From Lytechinus pictus (taxonomy: Eukaryota), in the NCBI RefSeq assembly GCF_037042905.1, contig NC_087252.1, positions 5,396,001 to 5,460,000 on the forward strand: a DNA stretch of 64,000 nucleotides. Reading direction: 5' to 3'. A program made the position numbers and the translations under genes. Under the pieces are notes generated by a model. The model searched no databases. It was given only the letters and a program-made list of their open reading frames with translations, and was not told where the DNA came from. Within the stretch, counting starts at the first letter, position 1. Each line of letters starts with the position of its first letter. Shown in pieces: positions 13,521-27,883 of this stretch.

Positions 13521-14140
13521 GTAAGCTTTTTATTGTTTTTATTATTAAGAGAGGGGGGAATTTCAGTTAAAAATTTTAAGTGATAAAGAAAATAAAATAA
13601 CATACCAAACAAAACATGTAGAAAAGAAGAAAGGTGGGGGGGGGGGGTGGTAAAATGATAAAAAGATACAACTGTAGTAAAAACAATAAAGTGGTTAAAA
13701 AATCCGATGGAAATAAAAAGTAAGGGTTGATGTTCATTTGGCACCTGGACTGAACTTACTTTTTTGGCTGCAAAATAGATTCACCGCACACCTTACGACT
13801 GGTCCCATGTTACGATTTTTGAATAAAATCACACTTTGCTCTTTTTCGGAAAATATGAATGGAATTTTCTTTTTATTTGAGGTATTGATTAATTGAATGA
13901 ATACTCATAATAATTTCGATGATTTCGAGCCTTTATTTGGATTGAAGGTCAAATTACATTCATATCGTAGCAAATTTTAAGATTTAGAACCGAGTCTTTC
14001 TGCCCAATTTTGACCTTTCCTCACCAGAATTTGGCATGCTTCATGTGGGTATTTGCATTGCAGCATTTGGTAATTTTTACCGAGGCAAATTTCCATATTG
14101 GTGTCCTTATGGTTCTTTCCTTTTCAAATGGCCATTTCAG

Positions 14141-14441
14141 ATCATATCGGTTTGCCGCTTACAGGATTTGGTCAGATTACTTACACGGATATATGGGTAA
14201 AGGAGTTCGAAGGCCTCTTCCAGCCTGCGTGGTGACACGAGTACGCCAAGAGTTCCCCGAGGAGACAGGTGTCTACGTTGGCTTCGAGTTGGGGAAACGT
14301 GGGGAGAAGGTAATCGAAATGTCCCAACTGTTACAATATAGAATCTTCCGGGAGATAGTGACACCTAACAATAAATTTGCACACATAAACTCGTGTGTTA
14401 AAATAATGAGGGGTAAATGCAGTTGTCAAAATCTGTTTTAA
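14141..14441 (+). CDS. Receptor copy A, last coding exon, C-half of ballast-like domain
   Basis: catttcAG|a tca tat cgg, phase 2 matches; YRFAAYR..W...G.GVR.PLPACVV..VR.EFP...G.YVGF; TAA at 14439. Confidence 0.88.
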
Positions 14442-14705
14442 TGATAATGATAACAATGGATATTTAGAGGCGCTAAAACAGAAAGTACCATAGCGCGTAC
14501 AATGTATCAATAATGATTAAACTTTTGCAATAATAATCGCAATATCCAACATAAAAGGGAAATTAATTATTGAGGAATGAAGTACATTTTAAGGGAAGAT
14601 TTGAAGCCAAGAATCCTGGAAGCTTTTCTTACTGGAAGAGGGATGGCATTCCAAGACTTGGCAGCTGCTACAGCAAAACGTTTTTCAACAGAGGAGAGGT
14701 TCGAC
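14442..14705 (-). mobile_element. Short 3' fragment of an L2-like LINE
   Basis: Minus strand reads RFAVAAAKSWNAIP, the typical L2 ORF2 end, followed by a 3' UTR and an ATT-rich tail. Confidence 0.5.
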
Positions 14706-17700
14706 AGTGTCTTGTGCTAATATATTTTTAATAATTCCATCCCACCAGATAGAAAGAGAAAATTCCAACAAGCACTGCACTCCAAGATTTCGTTTGAAAT
14801 CGGATGTAACATACGAAACTTATGTAATTTTTAAGATTTGCATAATTTCACAAAATAGTTATATGCACATCTGGATCCTTGTCGATAAGGAAATATGGAG
14901 ACTGATGACGTAACCAACTCACTATTTCGTTTCCATTTTATTATATGGGATATGAAGTATAAACTTTTTCTCACAGGTTAAAACAATGATTATTCCTCCT
15001 GAATATGTAAAGAACATGTTATGGTTTATTTATGTTCGTTTGTATTGTCAAATCTGTAAAAAGTGAAATATTGAATAATCCATCAATAAAAAAGGAAATA
15101 AATTGTGGTGAGTGACATCATCGAATTTCTAATTTGCATATCACTGAGGTGTGTGTGCATATAACTGTTTTGTAAAAAAAATAGGGAAAAAATTGAAATG
15201 TCATACCTTTCTTATTTTACATCAGATTTCGATAAAATTTTTTGTGTTAAATTTTTCTCTATTGATTCAAATGATTTTTTTTTCTGGGATTGATGACCAC
15301 ACGGTTATCTTGCAAATTACCTAATTAGCTGATACCTTACATATTAAAGGTTTTCAATATCAATATTGCCCTAACTACAAAAATAATAACCATAATAACA
15401 TCGTTTGTGGAAACTAGGCCTACCATGGTAGTAATATAAGGCAATGATAATATCAAATGCCCCCAAAACATAACGAAACCAAAAACAAGAAAAAAAAACC
15501 ACGTCGAACCTCGTAAACAATTGAAACGCAAAAGCATAGCTGTCACCCTTTATGTTCATCCATTTCTTGACAAAAAAAAAGACTAATGATATCACGAAGG
15601 CATAATCTGATCACCGTAACGTTATCGAGCAACGTACATGTACCATCAGGTGGTGAAAAATAGTTCCTTACGTGAATTCGCTCTTTATTTTCTATTCCGA
15701 TTACATTGATTTTGCTATGCACGGAATGTGGTGTCAGGAGGGGATGCAGGATTTTACAAAGGAGGAGGGGGAGGGGGGCTCATTTTCAGGCTGAAAATTT
15801 GACATGCAAAAAAGGGTTCTTTCATTCGTGGAAATATTACATGTAATTAATGTATATATTTTTAAAGGGGCCTAACTTTCAAAATGGGGTCACACTTGAA
15901 TAAAAACGGTGTTTTTACATTACAAATGTCGATCATGACTCTAAATAGAGGGGGCATGGGACGGCGGCGCCCCTTTGGATCCGCCAGTGCGTGGTAGGGA
16001 TTTAATATATCATGCAATACTATCATACTTGTATCTGCTCATAGGAATCAAAGTGCCTCTTACCCGAACAATGATGAACATCCAGGAGACAGCATCCCTA
16101 ATGCAGACACTGGAGCCGAATGAAACTTTGTTCAACGTGTGGGTATTGGGACAGGATGAGTGCGAGTACAGCTTGATGTTACCCCAATCCGGCATGGCTA
16201 ACCGGCTCTTCTTGCGTTGGCTGTGTGATTTCAGTCAACCCTTTCTATTATCTATTATTCTCTTTTTTTAAAGAAGATGTTTGTGTATGAAATGTTACCT
16301 TCTCTAAGTTTCCCTTTCACCCATTGTGTACGTTCACTCAACATTGTCATGATTGTCTATTATCTATTATTATCTCTTTTTTTAAGAAAAAGTTTGTGTC
16401 TGAATGTTCTCCTTTTTCTTAATTTCCCTATCACCCTACCGTATCAAAATATACCATACAAAATACGCACCCAAGGTATCCATTTAGGCAATATATTCCA
16501 CATAATTCATGTGGTATAATACTTTCTGTATACTTATAAGTATGATTGTGCAGAGCAAGTGCATATTTATATAAAATTTACATATACATTTTAAAACATA
16601 AGCTTAAGCTTAGTTATGTATATAATGTACAATGTATATGATAGATATCGATTTGCTTTTCGGAGTATACTGTACACGTTTTTTTTTTTTTAATAATCTG
16701 CCCGGAGAACGCAATGACGTTTGTTTTATTTAGGTTTTTTTTTTAATTTACAGAATTTTCCACACTACTATAACAGACTTTTAATGATATCCATTTAACT
16801 CTATGATACATCGTTTATGTATTTTTTTCATCGTACCACCGTGATACCAAAGTACACAATGAAGGATGAATTGCAGCATGATGGATTACTGCTAATTAAT
16901 GAATGATGAAAAAAACAGGTATCCTACATTTTAAAAGAAAATCCAACAGAGCATCGTAAGGATGTAAAATACGTAGTACTAAAGAAGGTTATTTCTCGCA
17001 TCGTTCAGAAGAGCACCTTATTTTTCTGAAAACCGTCGACTGCTTATTACTATCAGAAACCCACATGTACATGAAAAAGTTGTCTTATAGTTAATATCAT
17101 TCTACTTATAATCATTTTTCCTGGGTTCCAAAAATAAAGTGATTTACATTTACAAGGGCACTGCACAGATCACTAAATCAAAATTAGCAATATTTTTTTT
17201 ACAAAGGCTGGCTTCAATAAACTTTACATAGATGACTTAATTGTCATGCTATATTACTTTTTATACGTTGCAGGGCGGCTGTGCTGAGGCTATGCTGCTT
17301 GGTCCTTTTGGGGGACCGCCGCGCGTGGTGGTGGTTTTCAGCAATGGACGGGTGCCGTTTCGACATCATTGTTGTTAATGACTTTGAGTGGTGTGTAATG
17401 TGGATTGGTGTGATGTGTTGTGAGTTTTGTTGTAGTGTGACGTGTTTTTGTAATGTGTGGTATGGGTTTTTTTGTTGTCGAGTTTTTGTAATGTGTTTAA
17501 TAGTATAGTTAGTGTGGGTGTTTTTTTTTGTTTTTGTAGTGTGATGTGTTGTGATTGTCCAATGTCAACCGGGGCCCACGGATGTGTTGGACTGGCACCG
17601 TGTTTGGGGCGTTTTCCCCATCGGCACCAGGTAAAGTTTCAGCGCAGCTGCCCTTGCAACGTACTATTATATTGTTTTTGGTTAGTATTAGGTCACTCTG

Positions 17701-17761
17701 CAATTTTGCATTGTATATTATTTAATACCATTAGTTTTTTTAATTATTTATTATATGTTAT

Positions 17762-18056
17762 ATAATAATAATAAAAAAAAATAATAACAATAATAATATA
17801 GGGTATTTATATTGCGCACACATCCACCTTGTTAGGTGCTCAAGGCGCTCCTATATTACCCGGCTAAGCTAGGGTTTCATAGCGCAAAGAGCTTTTTAAG
17901 GAATTACTTCCTACCGGTAACCATTTACCTCACCTGGGTTGAGTGCAGCACATTGTGGATCAGTTTCTTGCCGAAGGAAATTACGCCATGGCTGGGATTC
18001 GAACCCACGACCCTCTGTTTCAAACTCCGAAGACTTATCCACTGGGCCACAACGCT
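17762..18056 (-). mobile_element. tRNA-derived SINE
   Basis: Minus strand: A box TGGCCCAGTGG, B box GGTTCGAATCC, then a ~200-bp body and an (ATT)n tail. Confidence 0.85.
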
Positions 18057-18161
18057 TATATATTGTTCTTTGCATACCAACAACCAGAATATGATTTTTA
18101 TGCCAATGTAATTTCTTTTTATTTTGAGCATGACAATACATTTTGAATATCCGAATATCTA

Positions 18162-19540
18162 CAGTGTGTATCTTAAAAAAAAAAACGGACAGATTTGAAA
18201 AGTCTATACATTTTTTGTTTCAAATAATGATGTCATTATTTTGGTGTTAATAGATGCTCTAAGGTCTTATCTTTGAAATTCAATAAAAAAAAAATGTTCA
18301 TGCTTGAGCGAACACGGGACGTTTTTGTTTGGGGTTCAAAAAGAGGCTTGCGCAAGAATTGCAGAATATGAGTAATATGATGATCAAACTTCTTGCTAAG
18401 GAGACTTCTTCTTGACCTTTTCATCTGTGCCACAATTTTCGAATTATACTGTCAAATTTCATATACAAATTTATTTATTTAATTGAATTATTATTTTTTT
18501 TCATCTAAACTTCTCTTACCTTTTAATTTTCCTTCATAAGTGACTGAGAAAATATTTTTTTTTTGTCAACCCAAGCAAGAAGATTCGAATTATTAATTGG
18601 GAAAACTTGTGAATATTCAAATCTTTTTATTATGTGAAACAAATTATGTTATGTACCTTTAAAAGACATGAATCTATTTTCCAAGGGGTCATTAATTCCT
18701 TGACCAAGTTTAATTGCTTGACAGGAAACACATGAAGGGATTCATGTCTTTCAATGGCAATAGTGTATTGAGTCAATTTTGAAGGAGCTCTATATGGCAG
18801 ATTGGGTAAAATGTATCAAAAAGTTGTGAGCGAGCGAAGTGAGCACTCAAATATTACCATTTTTGTATTGTAATATTAAATTTTGTGATAGATTTTGACA
18901 ATATTCAGAAAATGATATCATATTTTAATACTTTCTATCCCTCCTTTTATCTCCTGTCCTCTTTTTTTTTCTTGATCATGATTTTTTTTTATTGAGGGGG
19001 GTGGGGGGGGGGGGCATCCCGAGCGCCCGCCCATTGTGTGGCACTGTTCAAAAGGCACCATAACCTTTGTAGCACACAATGAAAGGATTTGAATAAAAAA
19101 ATCCATGCTCTCCCATAATTCGGTTGAAACAAAATTGTTTTAGCTTGAAGAAGGAATATTCAAAGCTAACAGAGAGCTTGTTAAAACGAAACAACATAGT
19201 AATTCAAGCAGATAAATAGATCTGAAAATGAATTTTGACTGCGCGATTAGAAAATTATGGCAAAGATAATGACAAAGAGTAAAAGGAAGTCTGCTAATTA
19301 GCAAGAAGTCCGATCAATATATTTATAATTTTCTGCCATTTTGGCGCAAGCCTCCTTCTTAACCCCAGACAAAAACATTCCGTGTTCGCTCAAGCATGAA
19401 CGAAACTAATTTTTTTTTAATAGCATTTGAAAGATAAGACCTTTAGAACACCTATTAACACCAAAATATAGACATCATAATTTGAAACCAAAATTTTATA
19501 GACTTTTCAAATCTGTCCCGTTTTTTTTTGATACGCACTG
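18162..19540. mobile_element. Tc1/mariner-like non-autonomous element
   Basis: TA|CAGTG...CACTG|TA; roughly 250-bp imperfect TIRs (gacagatttgaaaagtctata / tatagacttttcaaatctgtc). Confidence 0.8.
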
Positions 19541-22500
19541 TATAGCTCCACACATCAATTGGTTTCCGAATCCAAAGTCACATGATGGCAAAATGAAGAT
19601 CAATGAAAATGAAATGGAATTAAACAAACTTCACCATTTATCACAAATGTCCTTCAAAATGCATCCCAGGGTTATATCCAAGTAAGCCTCTGAAATCCTA
19701 TGATTTTACAAATACAGATTTACCACAGGAATATATAATATTGATTTGTTGGCATGCACGAACCTAGTTAAGCTGTTACTGGTTGAAGTTAAGATTTTTA
19801 GAAATGTTTTTACACTAATATGCGACTGTAAACCACTTACCGTCAGATCTGTTTCATGATGTTGATTGTAGTTTGTTTTATTTTCCCTTTAGCTCAACAT
19901 AACAACACTGTAATTACCAGAGTGCATTAAACCAGATATATTAAGAGGTGTGGGCGGTGAGTTATTTTTAATTGGATCGTATTGCAATAGAACCTGTCTT
20001 TTTATTATGTAATATTATGTTATATGCAGGAATGTTTTTTTTTTGCATTTTTTTATCCAAACTGCAGTTTAGTTATGGAGGATATATATGTATATTTTTA
20101 TCAACCCTTATATGTGAAGCAAGAATAAAGAAATGTCATATTGAGACTTATAATCATAATATTGTATAAACTATTTATTAAAATAATTGTAAATTATCAC
20201 ATGGAATAAATGTTGTACATGTACATGGGTCATATGATGTTATTTTATCAATATGTATTTACGTTGTATTTTTATTATTTATGTCTCTGCAGCGAGGCTG
20301 TCTTTCTTGGAATAAAATACCTTTACCACTGCAAACCAGTCTGGAATTGGCTTTCTTTCATTAACATTTGTCATTAGCCTTATTTTTCATTGATATCATC
20401 ATTCAAATTATGATTTTTAACCGCGTGAAAGGGCGATACCAGTATTCGATTTATTTTATGGCCCCTATTTTAAAGAGTGAAGCGAGTAAACATGACTCTA
20501 ACAGTGAATCTGTAGTCATACATCTCAAGTCTCTCATTGTCTTTTTCTACTTTTTTATTATTTATCTTCCCTTTCCCTCCAAAAGAATCATGCTAGCTAT
20601 TACTATTCGTCACAATGAGAGAAGGTATCTTTTCTGGAATTAGATCATAGCATCTACAATCAAAAGTGTTTTGATTTGCTCTTTATTTTTATTATTTTTT
20701 ATTTATTTATTAATTTATTGATTGATTGAATAATGATTGATTTATTTATCATTATTGTTATTATTATCATTATTTTTTTACTTATTTATTTATTTAGTTA
20801 TTTGTTTTATTTAATTATATGTATATATATAATTGTATATATATAATTTTCTATATATATGTATATATATATATATATATGTACATTTTCTTTTTTTTTT
20901 TTTTTTTTTGGGGGGGGGGGGGATCACACATGAACAACAGAACACAAGTCTGCATGATTTGCAGGGGCACGCCAAACAACGTTGTTTTTATTTTTTTGAG
21001 GGGGTGTTATCATTCTATATAATTCTATTTTCTCCGTTTCCACAACGACAAAACTTTTAGTTCATTGTTGGTTGTCTCATTTGAATAAAATATTTTTCCG
21101 TTGACTATTGAAGGCAGAAATTTTCACCTGGGAGAAAAATAGAGAAAACAAATATTTTGAAACCTAACCTATGTTCAATTAATTCTGTAAAACGACAAGC
21201 ATTACAAATGCGAATGGGGGACTAGTTATCTATTTGTAATTCTTTAGAAGTAAATACCCATGCAATAGCATAATCGCACTTATGGTTTAGCATAGTACAT
21301 TTTGGTCTCTTTCCCCTTTCTCCTATATCACAATTTTCACTTTCTATTATTTCTCTAAATCTCACGCATCTTCTTCCATCCCTACATGTATCATCACCAA
21401 TGAAGAATTTGATGTAAAATTCATACTATTTGATTTAGTTATGATTTATTACGTGGCAGTTACGGGCCACTTTTCATCATTTTATGATGGCTATATCAGG
21501 CCCAAAGAACAACCTGAAGAAAAAAAAATGATCTGAACAAATTGCCATTATCAACTAACACAGCCGACATACATGTACATGCATATCACTATACAAGGCT
21601 GTATTATTTCCATGTTTGAATGTTTGATTGAACACGAGATTGCATAGAATAATAGAATCCTCATATATCTGCACATCCCAAACAGACGAGAGCTAAATGT
21701 GCAGTGCGAGACTTTTGTTCCGAATTGGTGTCATCACTGAACGCAGTGGTGCTGCACTACAAGGGAATCATGGAACGAATGAACGGGGAAAACCATTCAA
21801 CATTCGACCCAACTATAGGTGATAAGGCGACCGTAAATATTCCCACATGACTACAGTGCGAGTACCAAAAAAAAATCAATTCGGGGTAAGCCACACCCAA
21901 TCAAATATGAAAAAAAAAAAGGACTTTAGGATCCCTTGCTTTTTCCCGCCCACGGTTTCTGATCAACATATATTGTAAACGTGTAGAAGAAAAGAAAGTA
22001 TTGAAAAACTGTAATAACAAAATTAAAGTGTAGAAAAGAACTGTAGAAATAAGTTCAGTGACGTTCGAATAAATCATGTGCCCGTCCCATGTTTATTTCG
22101 TCTTAATACAAAACAAAATTGACATGACTATATTACATTCATCTGTTCTCATCGGAAACATTACCACCAGGTTTCTAATTATAATCCCGTATCCAACATC
22201 TGAGCTGATAATTTGTGGTACAGTATTGCCTTGGATCTTCTGAATATCGAAAAGGGATATGTTTATTATTTGTATGTTGTTCGTTCTCTATGCGCATATT
22301 GACCTTGCATGCAGAGACGACGCAAAATATACCTTTGTATTTTCACTGAGGAGCATTTCATCAACATTTTCATCCGAGAACTTGTAAGATCTGACAAGTC
22401 TCCTTGATTCTGATTTGCTGAGAAGCACTGTTACTATGGTAACTGTCGTATAAAACAGGGCTTCTCAGATAAAAGACAAACGTCCATTCATGAAACTCAC

Positions 22501-23700
22501 TCTTATATCTGGGAATTTGAGGATGCGTATAAAGAGATGCGCTCCGCCATAATAAAGATAACGCTGGATCCGGGCGCTGGATATGCTTTTCAAGGGGTGC
22601 GATAATTAGTCAAAATAGTAGAGCAGAGCCTTGCGCCTGATATAAAGATGACAACAGTGCAACCATACTTTTAAAAAGAAGAAATATCTTCATCTTTATG
22701 AGTTTTGCTCTATATTCACGATTCAGATGATAATAAAAATGAGTGACTGACTCTTCCTTCAGGGTGCAGCAAATATACTGTATTGCCCCCAAAACAACCA
22801 TATTGCCCTCCTCTAAGAACGAAGGCCAACATTGCCCTGTTGCGGGCAATTTATTTGATGTTCTCTTCAAACATTAAACTCAAATAATTATTCCTTAATG
22901 ATTTTCTTTTCTCATTTACAACCCGCCCATCCTTTTTTTCGGGGGGGGGGGAGGATAATGCACGAATGAATTTCGATCGATGGATGGTTGAAAACAAATG
23001 GCAATGTAATGTAATGCATCATATTAGATAAACAAAAATACATGGAGTTAAAACTGTGACCCTATACGTTCTTTGGAAATTTTTATACACACTGTACCTG
23101 CTTTAGCCATAACAACAGGGAATTGCTATTCATGATAATATCAACAGCATGGAGCACATGCGCACATCCTTATGTAAATGGACAATGAGTACTCAATATT
23201 CTGCCATTGCAGATGACTAAACCCTCTACGACTATCTTTCTACGTTGGTGTTTGTGAAATATCATAGAACCTGATTTCAGTCGTGCTTCTGCAGGAGAAC
23301 GCAATTGGAGCATGAACCCCAGTTGAAGGTTTCAAGTCTACCTGGAGCCAAAACCAAACAAATCTGGATCTACCAAAAGCAGCTTATATATGCCGCAATT
23401 ATTAATTTGAACATGTAATAATCTCCGAACGAATCGCAATAGGTTTTAAATTGCCTCGTGATGCTCTGTATCAAAATTTGTTCTTTCCTGAAAGCTTGCT
23501 ATTCGGCTTAATCATGTATCGAGAGCGAGAATCTGCTTGATGAGGAGAAAGACTGCAGTTTTGCTGTTGTAAGAAACAATCAAAGACGGTTGACAGCAAA
23601 TGGATAATGGAATATCATCGATATTTTTAATCATTCAACCGCATTCCACAGCTGTGCAGTTCATTTCATATCAATCATGCTAAATTATTCTGCAGCCACC

Positions 23701-23767
23701 ATGTTCTCACCAAACAAAATACGTTTCATCTTCATCGTTGTCATTGTCATGTGTAGCATTTCAGAAT
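23701..23767 (+). CDS. Receptor copy B, putative signal-peptide exon
   Basis: gccaccATG context; MFSPNKIRFIFIVVIVMCSISE then t|GTGAGT donor, phase 1 compatible with the Ig exon at 39356. Linkage across a 15.6-kb intron is inferred. Confidence 0.65.
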
Positions 23768-25857
23768 GTGAGTAAGCCTATATCTTATTGTGTGATGCAT
23801 TATCTACTTTTAGACCAGACCCATATTTGAGTGAAAATTAATAAGCGAGAGGCATTTTGGGAAAAAACATTTAGAACCAGTCGATTTCAATTTTAATATG
23901 CTGAATGTGACAGACCGGTTCCCAGCCGACATCTCATGTTTGGACCACCTAATTTACATAAACAAAATGACTGCCAAATTGATAATGCACAATCTTATTT
24001 CTACAATATTCTTTTTGTAATATTCGCTTCCACAGACATGGATAATGTGAAATATTGCATACATAATATGAACCCTTCAGAAAAATCAGTATTTCTATTT
24101 AAGGTTAGTTGATTATGCAGATTTATGTATATTTGCAATAGGGTTAATCCGTGTCATATCACTCCCATCCGCAAAGAAATTTAAATCGTACCGACTCAAA
24201 TTTTGCTCAGTTGTTATGCATATGAGGTAATCGACACCGTAAATGCCGAAATGATTTTTTTAGCGCGCTGCGCCTTACGGTTCTCGCGCTATGACACGCT
24301 TACGTTTGGTATTTTTGGTCAAAATGGGCGCTGCGGCCACTTTTCTAATGGCCCTTCCGCAGTAAAGGGGATAGTCCAAAATTGATGTTAATGGTATCAT
24401 TGGAAAGAAAATAAAACTATTTGTGTAATTTTTGTTGATAAATGAGTAGTTGAATATACCATGACCTTTTGACCTTTCGTTTGACCTTCAATCTTTGCAA
24501 GTGTGTCAGATTATTTGGAGTTGACCTCGGTATACCTAATATTCATTACCTCCTCTGCAAAAATAAAAACCTTGAAATATATTATTTCTTATTTGGTTTT
24601 AAGCTATTGTAATATCTGGCATATATGATGTTTCCAGAAATAAGTACAGTCCCACACGTGGGGTATACTGTTGGATATAGCTACAAAATACTGTAATATT
24701 TTGTACACATATATTTAAATCAGTGTTACTGTGACCTTATTACAATTTCTGAAAATAAATATTACCATGTAATTGTCCTAGTGCAAGATGCCTGCTCAAT
24801 GAAGCTCACCTAGATGAAATTGTTTTCATTTGTTTTATATATAGTTATTATGATATAAGTATAATTAGATCCATAATTCTTGAAATCATTAGGAAAAGTT
24901 TTATTTCAAGTTGAACACATGTGAAGAGGTTAGATCTATTAAGTATTGTATACTGGTATACATGTATCCATCATATCAAACCTTTTGGAAGCATATGACT
25001 CGTAATTCCTTGCACCTTTGCTTCTGAGATGCTAGACATCAATTTGACAAATGTTCCAGAATCATGACAATAATCAAATTATATGAACCTACTAGAAACC
25101 AAGTGGTAGAAATAGAAATAAATAAATAAGAAATTCAAAGAACAATAGGCCTTTATCACATTAATAATGACTGTTATTACTTATAAGGGCTCAAAAATAT
25201 TCATAAAGCTGTGAATGATATCTGTACGAAAAACAAAAAAAGAATTAGAGTTGGATTTTCAAGTTGTACTACAATACTGCACAATTTGCATAATTAATGA
25301 ATTAATTGTAAATGAGAAGAGAAAACTGTCACAAATGGTACTTTATTATGTATGCAGGACTTTGCATTATCTACATGTTCCATGATAATGAAAGCAAATA
25401 TTATACAGAATCCTTTAGAAATAAGATCATACATGTTCAATTTGCTAGATATACCTGTTCCATGACAATGAAAGCAAATATTATACAGAGTCTTTTAGAA
25501 ATAAGATCATACATGTTCAATTTGCTAGCAATTTGCTTATGCAAATTGGATGGTAAAAACATAAGAAATCAGCTTGGAAACCGGTCTAATTAGATTCAGC
25601 ATATAGGGATTATGTGAAACTCATGTAGTTTGGTTCCCAACTTTTACCCCAAAATGCCTTTAAACGTTTTTTATATGCCCTTTTTTCAAGAATGGTTGTA
25701 GTCTCTTTGACAGAGTGTAGAAATACTGACATTTTAAAATGATGATGTGTAATGAGAAAGGGGTCGATGACTGCATTCTCATTACCGTCCTAAAACTAGA
25801 GAAAATGAAATTTGTTTCGTGGAAATTGGTTTAAGCGTGATGAAAAGGTGAATTATT

Positions 25858-27883
25858 GGATGGTCTAATACCACTTGGTCTACTTATCAGTTCGTCCAAC
25901 TTCACTTGGTCTAAACTCATTTCGTCTACAACCAGTTCGTCTAATATCCAATTGGTCTAATGACCACTTGGTCTAATATCCATATGGTCTAATATCCAAT
26001 TGGTCTAATGACCAGTTGGGCTAAAACCATTTAGTCTAATTTCCAGTTAGTCTAACACCACTTGGTCTAATTTCCACTTCGGCTAATTTCCACTTGGTAT
26101 AATTTTAATTTGGTCTAATTGTCACATGGTCTAATGACCGTTTGGTCTAATTTCCACTTGGTCTAATATCCAATTGGTCTAATTTTCATTTGGTCTAATG
26201 ACCACTTAGTCTAATAGCCAATTGGTCTAATGCCCAGTTGGGCTAATCGTCAATTGGTCTAATTCACACATAGTCTAATGCTTAGTTGGCTAATCGTCAC
26301 TTGGTCCAATTCACACTTGGTCTAATGTCCTTTATCATAATATAAAATCATTCATTATTATTTATTTCATCTACAATTAACAAATATGGTACGCAATGGA
26401 TAAATACCATGCATCGATCAGTTAATACATGTCGCCAGGATCCGAAAGGGTAGAGCCGGGTATTTATAGGGCTGCTGGGCGCAAAACCTCACCGTGGATA
26501 TAATTCTTATAATTAGGCTTATAATGTAGATGATGATGTTTTACCGTAAAAAAAAGATGAAAATTATATCATACTCATAATCATTACATCACCGAATGCA
26601 CATTTTTCAGAATAATAAGTTGGGGACCTTGTAGCTAATGGTCGAATAGCGGTGTTTCATCAGAATAACGTTATTATGAAGGAACGAACATATAATTGAT
26701 TGTGTGGATACGATGATCTAATATGTTTATGCCTCTTTAAATCATTGCTATGCACCATTACGGACGATACTTGATGAAAATATTATGCAGTTTCGGGAAT
26801 TCCAAAAATTACACAGCCAATAGATCCCGAATAGTTCATGTAATTTTTGTTTTCAAATAGTTTGATAGTAGTCATACATCTTATCTTCTCATTCTGTTTT
26901 TTTTTAATCTACTTCTTAACCCCCTCCTTAAAATGGATTGGCAGGGTTCCCAGCTCATCAGTGATGGGCATTTTGGTATATTTTTCCATTCAGGGAAAAA
27001 TCAGGGAATTTGATATTTTTAATAAGTAAAACCAGGGGGAAAATGCTCAAATGAGGGCATAATAAGGGAATTTGATCAGCCCAAATGTCGAAAGTACGAT
27101 GGTCAGTCTCATCATAGAGCTATTAACAAGTAATAGCTCCATGATTGGAAATTGTACCCTCTCTCTCGTTTATGTTCCTCCGTTCTTCGAAGATCGGCAG
27201 GTATCACTTTAGAAGTTGAGTAATGAGTCTGGTCAATGAAACAATGAGTAACGGTACCAAACGGTACTCCAATCGATACGAGGCCGAGAGGGGCGAACGT
27301 GTGAATAATTTAGATTCAAATCCGCGCGCGGAAAGAAACTTCAAAATTTCACCAGAAAATTGAAAACAAGTCACTTAATTTTACAAACTAAGAAAACGTG
27401 ACATATAGACGAAATGGTGTTAGACTATCTGGAAATTAGACAAAGTGAAAATTAGCCGAAATGGAAATTAGACCAACTGCACATTAGACCAACTGCATAT
27501 TAAAGCAACTGCACATTAGACCAACTGCATATTAGACCAACTGCACATTAGACCAACCGACTATTAGACGAACTGGTATTAGACCAAGTGACAATAAAAT
27601 ACATTAGACGAAATGGCAATTAGACCAAATGATAATTAGACCAAGTGACGATTAGCCCAACTAGGCATTAGGTTAAGTGGCGATTAGACCAAGTGGTCAT
27701 TAGACCAAGTGGCTATTAGACCAAGTGGCCATTAGACCAAGTGGCTATTAGACCAAATGGTAATTAGACTAATTGGCTATTAGACCAAGTGGTCATTAGA
27801 CCAAAATATAATTTGACTAAGTGGGTTTAGCCTGAATGATGTTAGCCCATCTGATGATTAGACCAAGTGATAATAGACCATCC
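25858..27883. mobile_element. Element whose arms are inverted arrays of ~18-bp tandem units
   Basis: (..ttggtctaat..)n at 25858-26327 and (..attagaccaa..)n at ~27410-27883; termini ggatggtcta / tagaccatcc; no TSD seen. Confidence 0.75.

Noticed and set aside
14320..14350. ITIM-like motifs in the tails (LQYRIF; HVYCTI in copy B)
   Set aside because: Neither fits (I/L/V/S)xYxx(I/L/V) and they are not conserved between paralogs
13139..14441. Calling the gene P2RX7
   Set aside because: Only the cytoplasmic ballast-like domain is present; there is no P2X ectodomain or two-TM channel
17980..18056. Possible tRNA gene
   Set aside because: A and B boxes are followed by a SINE body and simple-repeat tail; no complete acceptor stem
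21690..21890. Possible 5' UTR exon of copy B ending at ggg|GTaag
   Set aside because: A donor-like site alone is insufficient without transcript data
25858..26327. Regular short repeats resembling a CRISPR array (also 47714-48650)
   Set aside because: No unique spacers, no cas genes, eukaryotic context; these are transposon subterminal tandem repeats
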